Under the pieces are notes generated by a model, which saw nothing but the letters and a program-made list of their open reading frames with translations, did not search any database and was not told the origin of the DNA. From positions 620,001-684,000 of the forward strand of contig CP060764.1 of the NCBI GenBank assembly GCA_023205875.1: 64,000 nt of DNA. Direction: 5' to 3'. The DNA comes from Chloropicon primus. Taxonomy: Eukaryota. Of the stretch, positions 57,592 to 64,000 are shown piece by piece; positions within the stretch are counted from its first letter, which is position 1, and every line of letters begins with the position of its first letter. The position numbers were made by a program, and so were the translations under genes.

Positions 57592-60500
57592 TCACCCTCC
57601 TCCTCCTCCCCTCCTGAAGAGTCCTCTCTTCTTCTTGCCGCTCGGGCTGGCTTCGGGGCCCTCCCCCTCGAGGGCGTCCACTCGCTTGGTGAGCTTCCTC
57701 ATCTCGGTCTCCAGGGCCTTGATCTTGCTCATCACCTCCCTCACCTTGGCGGCGGACTCGTCCACGGACATGCGGGGCGTCTTCGCGTGAATCTCTCCGA
57801 CCTTGTCGTAGTGCGGAATCTGGTGACTCTCGATCTGGTTCTTCAGGCCCTCCTTCTGGTAGGCCTTGAGGCCGAGCCTCTTCCTGGCCTTCTTGATCAT
57901 GTCCTTGACGGCCTTCCTCCTCTCCTCCTTGGACGTGCCCGTCAGGTTCGCATAGAACATGTCGCTTCCACTCTCCATGACCTTGTAGGTGAGGACCTTG
58001 ATGGCATCGCGGACGTGGAACCAGACCAGAGCCCACAAGGCCACGATGCCGACCGGGGCCCACCCGCAGCCCACCATGTTGGCGCCACCCCCGAGGGAGA
58101 TGTTCTCCGGCCACAGGGCAGCAATGAGCACGGCGATCAAGATGGAAAAGAAGACCGGGATGCACAACGTGATGCTCGGGAGGGGGGCGCCTCCGAGTCT
58201 CTCCGAGGTGATAAAGTAAAAGTACTTGTTCCTCGTACTGAAGATGTTGAGCTGGACAGTCATCGCGATGTTGAGGTACATCACCGCCACGACTTGGCAG
58301 GAGGAGAGCTCTTCGAGGCCCCAGCCGCTCCACCAGCTCACGTACCTTGGGTCAGACAGCCACAGGAGCAAGATGTTCTCGAGAACTCCCACCAGGCCGA
58401 TGACAACCGAGATGATTGTGGTGTGCACCATGTTCCACTTGAGGGGCTCCTCCGCAGGCCTGCAGGAATCCTTCGAGGTTGCCATAGCAGTGAAGTCGTT
58501 CACAAGGCTCAGCAGGATCAAGACCCACGTGGGAAAATCGAACTGGAGGGCGACGATGGACAGGAAGAAGAATCCAAGGATGAGCACAGAGCTCGCCATA
58601 CGATACAGCACGTACCCGTTCAGCCTGTTGAATATCTTCCTCGACCTGTTGATCGCGGTAATGATGGTCGAGAGGCCAGGAGCGTTGAGGACGATATCAG
58701 ACGCGCTCTTGGCCGCGTCCGTCGCACCGGCCACGGCTATTCCGACGTTGGCCCTCTTCAAGGCCGGGGCGTCATTGACGCCGTCGCCAGTCATTCCACA
58801 GATGTGGCCAATCTTCTGCAGCTCCTCCACTATTCTGAACTTGTGCTCAGGAAAGACGGAAGCGAACCCGTTGACCTGCTCGATGAAGGTGCCGAAGGAA
58901 CCCTGAGCCCTGATCAGCGCCTCGCCATCTGGGCCCCAGATCTCACTTCCAATGATGTTCGTTCCCATGTTGAGCCTGGACGCCGTCTCGATCGCGATGG
59001 CCTTTTGGTCTCCCGTGATCATCTTCACCTCAACGCCCTTGTTCTGGGCGTCGATGATCGTTTGCTCCGTGTCGTCGCGAGGGGGATCAAGCAAACTAAT
59101 CATCCCTATGAGCTTGTACTCTTCCTCGCTGGTCTCGTCGCCGTCGGCGATGGCGACTCCAAGGCTCCTCAAGCCCCTCTGGGCATTCTCGATGATCTTG
59201 TCCTCGGCTTCCACCTTGAGCTCGCCCTCGCAGCAGAGGTCCACCATCACCCCTGGGGCCCCCTTCGACATCCTGTACGTCTTGCCGTCCGGCGCGATCA
59301 CGGTGGCCTCCGTCCTCTTGTCCACGGGATTGAAAGGAACGAACTTCGTGACCTTGTAACCCTTGAGCTGCTCCAGCCCCCCGCCCTCGGACTCGGGGAA
59401 GGACTCCAGGGCCTCCGTAACGGCCCTGTCGATGGCATCCTGACCTCCCTCAATCTTCGCGGCGAGACACGCGACCCTGAGGATCTCCCCGGCGCTAGAG
59501 TCGTTGACCTGCCAGATGAGCTCCTTGTCCAGCACCAGCTCGTTCTTCGTCAGCGTGCCAGTCTTGTCGGAGCACAGTATGTCCATCCCAGCCATCTCCT
59601 CGATCGCGCTCAGCCTCTGCACGATGGCCTTCTCTTGACTCAACTCGTACGATCCGACCGCGAGGGCGGTCGTCACCACCAGGGGCATGGCCACGGGGAG
59701 GGTCGCGACCAAGATGACAATCGCGGTCTTCAGACTGGAGGCCCACTCCACGTCGTCCCTGAAGAGCTGGACAAAGAAGATGGGGATGACCCCAACGAGC
59801 CCCAAGGTGCACATGATCTTCGCGACCGTCCCGAGGAGGTGCTGCACGTTGCCCTGCTCCGTCACGGTTGCGAGCAAGGCAATGGTCTTGCCGAAGAAAG
59901 TGTCCACCCCCGTAGCGGTGACCATCATCTCAAGCTCCCCCTGGACGACGACCGCGCCGCTCAGCACCTCGTCCCCGGGGTGCTTCGTCACCGGCAGAGA
60001 CTCTCCAGTGAGGGAGCTCTCGTCGATCAGCATGGGCTCTCCGTGGCCCACCAGCTTGCCGTCCGAGGGGACCACCACCCCGGCCGCAAGCTCGATGAGG
60101 TCTCCCGGCACAAGCTCCCTGACGGGGGTCTCCACCCACTCCCCGTCCCTCTTCGCCCTGCAGGTAGGCGCGCTCATCTCCTTGAGGGCCTTGACGGCGT
60201 CCGCGGCGTTCTTCTCGGACCGGTAGTCCACGTACACGATGAGGACGACCTCGAAGATGAGGAGGGCGAAGCTCACCCAGTCGCGCCCCGGGTCGCACGC
60301 GCAGTCCACCACGTCGTTCTGCACGATGACGCAGCCCGTCTCGACCGCGGCCGAGATGATGGCCCCAACAATCATACAGATGGGCACGATCCCCAGGAAC
60401 CTCGAGACGATCTTCTTCCACTCCGGCTCCTCGACGGTCAGGACCTCGTTGTACCCGTACTTGTCCAGCTTCTTCTGGGCCTCCTCGGTGGTGAACCCCT

Positions 60501-60750
60501 CGAGAATCTCCTCCTCCGTCCTGCCGTCGTCGTACGCCTCAATCGTGCTAACCTCGTCGTCCTCCGCCTCGGCCGCGAGGGACTTCATCATGTCCTTCGG
60601 GGCCGCCGCACGCACGGACTCTTGCGGCGGGGGGTCCAACGCAATCGAGTTCCTCCCCGACCCCACCCTCGAGGACGCCATCGTCGTCATGGTGGCCTTC
60701 TCCCCCTCCGCACTCGGACTCGGCTCGTTCTTCTTCGCCATCGCCGCCAT
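57592..60750 (-). CDS. P3A-type plasma-membrane H+-ATPase
   Basis: TGES, LSAIEEMAGMDILCSDKTGTLT, KGAP, DPPRDD, MTGDGVNDAPALKRA, and the TM6 proton-binding Asp in LVNDF. Confidence 0.93.
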   Translation of the reverse strand: MAAMAKKNEPSPSAEGEKATMTTMASSRVGSGRNSIALDPPPQESVRAAAPKDMMKSLAAEAEDDEVSTIEAYDDGRTEEEILEGFTTEEAQKKLDKYGYNEVLTVEEPEWKKIVSRFLGIVPICMIVGAIISAAVETGCVIVQNDVVDCACDPGRDWVSFALLIFEVVLIVYVDYRSEKNAADAVKALKEMSAPTCRAKRDGEWVETPVRELVPGDLIELAAGVVVPSDGKLVGHGEPMLIDESSLTGESLPVTKHPGDEVLSGAVVVQGELEMMVTATGVDTFFGKTIALLATVTEQGNVQHLLGTVAKIMCTLGLVGVIPIFFVQLFRDDVEWASSLKTAIVILVATLPVAMPLVVTTALAVGSYELSQEKAIVQRLSAIEEMAGMDILCSDKTGTLTKNELVLDKELIWQVNDSSAGEILRVACLAAKIEGGQDAIDRAVTEALESFPESEGGGLEQLKGYKVTKFVPFNPVDKRTEATVIAPDGKTYRMSKGAPGVMVDLCCEGELKVEAEDKIIENAQRGLRSLGVAIADGDETSEEEYKLIGMISLLDPPRDDTEQTIIDAQNKGVEVKMITGDQKAIAIETASRLNMGTNIIGSEIWGPDGEALIRAQGSFGTFIEQVNGFASVFPEHKFRIVEELQKIGHICGMTGDGVNDAPALKRANVGIAVAGATDAAKSASDIVLNAPGLSTIITAINRSRKIFNRLNGYVLYRMASSVLILGFFFLSIVALQFDFPTWVLILLSLVNDFTAMATSKDSCRPAEEPLKWNMVHTTIISVVIGLVGVLENILLLWLSDPRYVSWWSGWGLEELSSCQVVAVMYLNIAMTVQLNIFSTRNKYFYFITSERLGGAPLPSITLCIPVFFSILIAVLIAALWPENISLGGGANMVGCGWAPVGIVALWALVWFHVRDAIKVLTYKVMESGSDMFYANLTGTSKEERRKAVKDMIKKARKRLGLKAYQKEGLKNQIESHQIPHYDKVGEIHAKTPRMSVDESAAKVREVMSKIKALETEMRKLTKRVDALEGEGPEASPSGKKKRGLFRRGGGGG

Positions 60751-61977
60751 CCGTCGGTTTCGTTTCCCAAAAAAAAGTAACCGACCGCCGCCCTCGGCCT
60801 CTCGTTCCCGAAGAGGCAGCATCAAAAAGTACGATACAAGAGAGCGAGCGAGAGAGAAGAGGGCAATGGGAGGCAGAGACGAAGACAAAGAAGCAAAGCC
60901 AGTTGCTTTACCTAAAAGGCATCCTCCTCCCTGCATAACGAGAAAAACGGCCAGGGTCAGCGGATTATCGTCTGCTCTCTCTTGTGTTGTCGTGCTTTGG
61001 GGTCAGTCGAGGGGAGGGAAAGCGGGCGAAACGCTTGGACAAAGGTGAATTTCGTAGAGGAGTTGGCGAAGTCGGGACAGAAACCCGCAAGGAAGCGCGT
61101 CCGCGAGGTGTGCGATGCCTTCCCCATCACCAAAAGCAAGACGCGTGTAAAACATTTTGAACTTTTAAAACTTGATACAACGGACGTTCCAGTGGATGCT
61201 TTACTCCTTCCCACTATGCGCAATGATTGCCTCGTTCTGGCACATGGATGACGCGTCTAGACTGAACCTCTACACTACGCTTGGTTCTCCCGGGTTGTGT
61301 TGAGGAGCACGGCAGTGGTGACATGGAGTCCCAAGATGCCAGCAGGACAGAGAGACAGAGAGGCGATGATGAACATCACGCACGATCCAGCATTGCCTCA
61401 CGGTCAAACCATCCTCTCCTCCCCTTCCTTGATTGATCCGGAGCAAGGCGATGCGAGGAGGCGATGCGAGGAGGCGATGCGAGGAGCGTGTTGAGTCTCG
61501 CCTCCTGGTGCTGGTGTGTCATGTAATGGCAATGTAATGTCTCTGGATGAAGTTGGTCCCTCCCTCGTCTCTCGTCTTTTCTTCTCTCTCGTCCTTGGAT
61601 TGTCGTTTTTCTTGGACGGGATTCATTTGACTGAATTGGAAGAATTGGAAGGAGTCAAGGCAGGACCACGGACGACCAGAGGGACGGGGTTGGCCTGGAC
61701 GGCACACGAGGCGCACACACATACGAGGTGAGGGAGCACGAACATATTACACATCACACTTTACCATTACACATCACCTGGACAACAAGAACAACCTCCT
61801 CAGAATTCATTCACTCACTCGTTTGTTTGGGGAAGAATAGAAATAGAAATAGAATTCCTCTTGGCTTACATAGACATCGTTCTGTTCTCTCTGTCCCTGT
61901 CGCTCCCCAAAGGTTGTCGGCTTGTTGGTTTGTAGCCCGGACGAGTGAACCATTGGAAGAAGAGTCCAAGAGGCGAG

Positions 61978-63229
61978 ATGCTGAGCGTGCAAGCTCCGGA
62001 ATGGACTTTCGGGTCCAAGCCCCAGAAGAGCTCGGTCAGGACGGACGGGCCCGGTCCGGCCGACTACACGCCAACCCACGCGGGCAAGAACCCTTCGTAC
62101 TCCCTCACGGGTCGCAACTTCATGAAGGAGTCTAAGAGCAACAACACGCCTGGTCCTGGAGCATACGCCGTGAAGAACTCCAAGCACACGCACAAGGGTC
62201 CGGCTCCCTCGAGCTTCAGTATGGGCAAGAGGCTTCCCCAGACAGGAAAGTTCACGCCCAACCCTGGCCCTTCGGACTACTCTCAGCACACGCCGTTCAG
62301 GAGTGCCACGGGCGCTCCACGATTCAGCCCTGACAAGCACTCCCGGAACAACGACTACGACGCTCTCGAGTCCCCTGGCCCCGGCAGCTACGCCGTGAAC
62401 ACAAAGGAGAAGAGCGGGCCAAAGTATAGCATACGCTCCAGGCTTAACGAGAAAGCGAGGTGAGTGCCACCCACACTCTTCGAGAAGCGAGCACACGTGG
62501 AGTGGAGACAAAAAAGACAAAAGACACTGACTTGTTCTCTCTGTGTCTCTGTATCTCTGTGTGTCTGTGTGTTTTTGTTTGTCTGTTTCCCAAAGGCCTT
62601 CGAACTCGCCTGGCCCAGCCGCCTATTCGGTCCGAGGCCCAGCAGCAACGGGTCCCAAGTTCTCTATGGGTAGCTCCAAACGCTTCCAGCGCACCGCTCA
62701 GGAGAATGAGAGCACGCCTGGACCGGGAGAGTACGTCGTCGGCAAGAACAGGGGACCTGCGTTCACCATCCAGTCCCGGGTAACTCTTTCTTCCCGCGTT
62801 AACCAGGACCCCGGTCCTTGCACATACTCACCGAACTTTAGCACGAAAAGGGCGCCGCCATCCTTTTCTTTGGGGGGAAAGCAAAGCAATCCGGAGCTGA
62901 AGGGGAACAAGGTGCCTGGCCCCGGTCACTACGCCCTGCACAAGAAGAACGTGGACAAGCAAGGTTCAACCAAGTCCTCTGCCTTCACCATGGGAAGCAG
63001 GACGAAGACCAAGACGACCAGCACGACCTTGTCGCCCGGCCCTGCGGCGTACAAGCCCGGAACCTACAAGCGCAAGGGCGCCCCTGCGTTCACGATGAGG
63101 CCGAGGCTCGAGTCGAGCTCTGCAAAGGACGGGGTGGACCCTAATCCCGGGCCTAGTGAGTACAATCCTAGCACAAAGAACCTGACCAAATCGCCTTATT
63201 ACTCGTTCGGCATGAAGCTGAAGAAGTAG
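61978..63229 (+). CDS. SHIPPO-repeat (PGPGxY) protein, ODF3/STPG-like; exons 61978-62459 and 62596-63229 (may extend upstream)
   Basis: About ten PGP(G/A/S)xY repeats separated by P.F(S/T)(M/I)G motifs. A GTGAGT...AG phase-2 intron joins two ORFs. Confidence 0.9.
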
Positions 63230-63738
63230 CGAGGTCATGCGGAGGCTCTAATGTTGCTGGGCACCGCACACGCGCGCGAACGCACGGAGCTGGAGCTTGC
63301 GGCATGGTTGGAAGGATACTGTAGATAGATGAACGAACACCAACAAACATCCTATCCTATGTAGCATGCATTTTGAGAGTATATATGTTGGCAAGACTTC
63401 ACCGCAGCATCACCGAGGACCTTCTATAAGCCCACCTGTTCAGCATGTACACATCATCACCATCGCCCTCACGGTCCCTTTCTCCTCCATCGAACCTCGC
63501 CGCCCCTCGTTCCCTGGCTTGTGGCTTCTCCAACTCTCTCTATCCCATCCATCGCCTTGGAAGGAAGGAGAAGGGGTGAAGCATGGGGTGGGCAAGCACT
63601 TTTCCATCGCGTTTGAACAAGAGATCGTCCCCCTCGCCATCCCATCCCATCAGGGCTGGTCTTGGTCCCCTTTTCCCACCTCCACCTCCTGTCCTGGAGG
63701 AGACTGAGACCCCTCCGACAGAGCAGCAGAGAGCAGGA

Positions 63739-63936
63739 ATGGCTCCGTCGTCGTGGTGGAACAAGAGAGTGGTCGCGGCGACCCTGATCATCGCGTGGGC
63801 TGGCGTGCTGCATTTGAACATGATGGACATCCAAAGGAAGATGAACGACAACGGCAACGGCAACGGCGCGTCGAACACGAAACACGTCGCGAAACTCTCC
63901 GTCAAACTCCATGGAAGCAACTCGGAACAAGAGTGA
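63739..63936 (+). CDS. Possible small single-TM protein (65 aa)
   Basis: MAPSSWWNKRVVAATLIIAWAGVLHL... has one hydrophobic helix. No family recognised. Confidence 0.35.
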   Translation: MAPSSWWNKRVVAATLIIAWAGVLHLNMMDIQRKMNDNGNGNGASNTKHVAKLSVKLHGSNSEQE

Positions 63937-64000
63937 GTGAGGGAGAGGACTTCAGGGAGAGGACTTCAGGGAGACCAAGCCCGCCTGCTGGAGGAGACGA

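Noticed and set aside
57787..60780. 997-aa ORF antisense to the H+-ATPase
   Set aside because: It mirrors a conserved gene codon for codon. Strong GC3 bias removes antisense stops, and no motifs are recognisable.
61448..61487. 13-bp tandem repeat GCGATGCGAGGAG x3 and nearby short ORFs
   Set aside because: A simple intergenic minisatellite with no terminal repeats or transposase evidence.

Overview
This is eukaryotic nuclear DNA from a compact, GC-rich, intron-poor green alga. The gene content (RETICULATA-like, ABC1K, Mini-III, HISN2, plastid-type transit peptides), TGTAA poly(A) signals and short GT-AG introns fit a picoplanktonic chlorophyte such as Chloropicon; the taxon is an inference. 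About 38 protein-coding genes are packed mostly as alternating divergent and convergent pairs. I found no rRNA, tRNA, CRISPR array or intact mobile element. Most notable: (1) a head-to-head pair of bacterial-type RavA-like MoxR AAA+ ATPase and ViaA-like VWA genes, both apparently organelle-targeted; (2) a BRAWNIN/UQCC6-like microprotein whose stop codon overlaps the ATG of an SLC19-type carrier (ATGA), a candidate bicistronic locus; (3) a two-TM protein with DEG/ENaC/PAC-like channel motifs; (4) an aquaporin with both NPA boxes altered; (5) cilia-type genes; (6) TGTAA poly(A) signals fused with stop codons in six genes. All calls come from motif recognition by eye; no searches were run.
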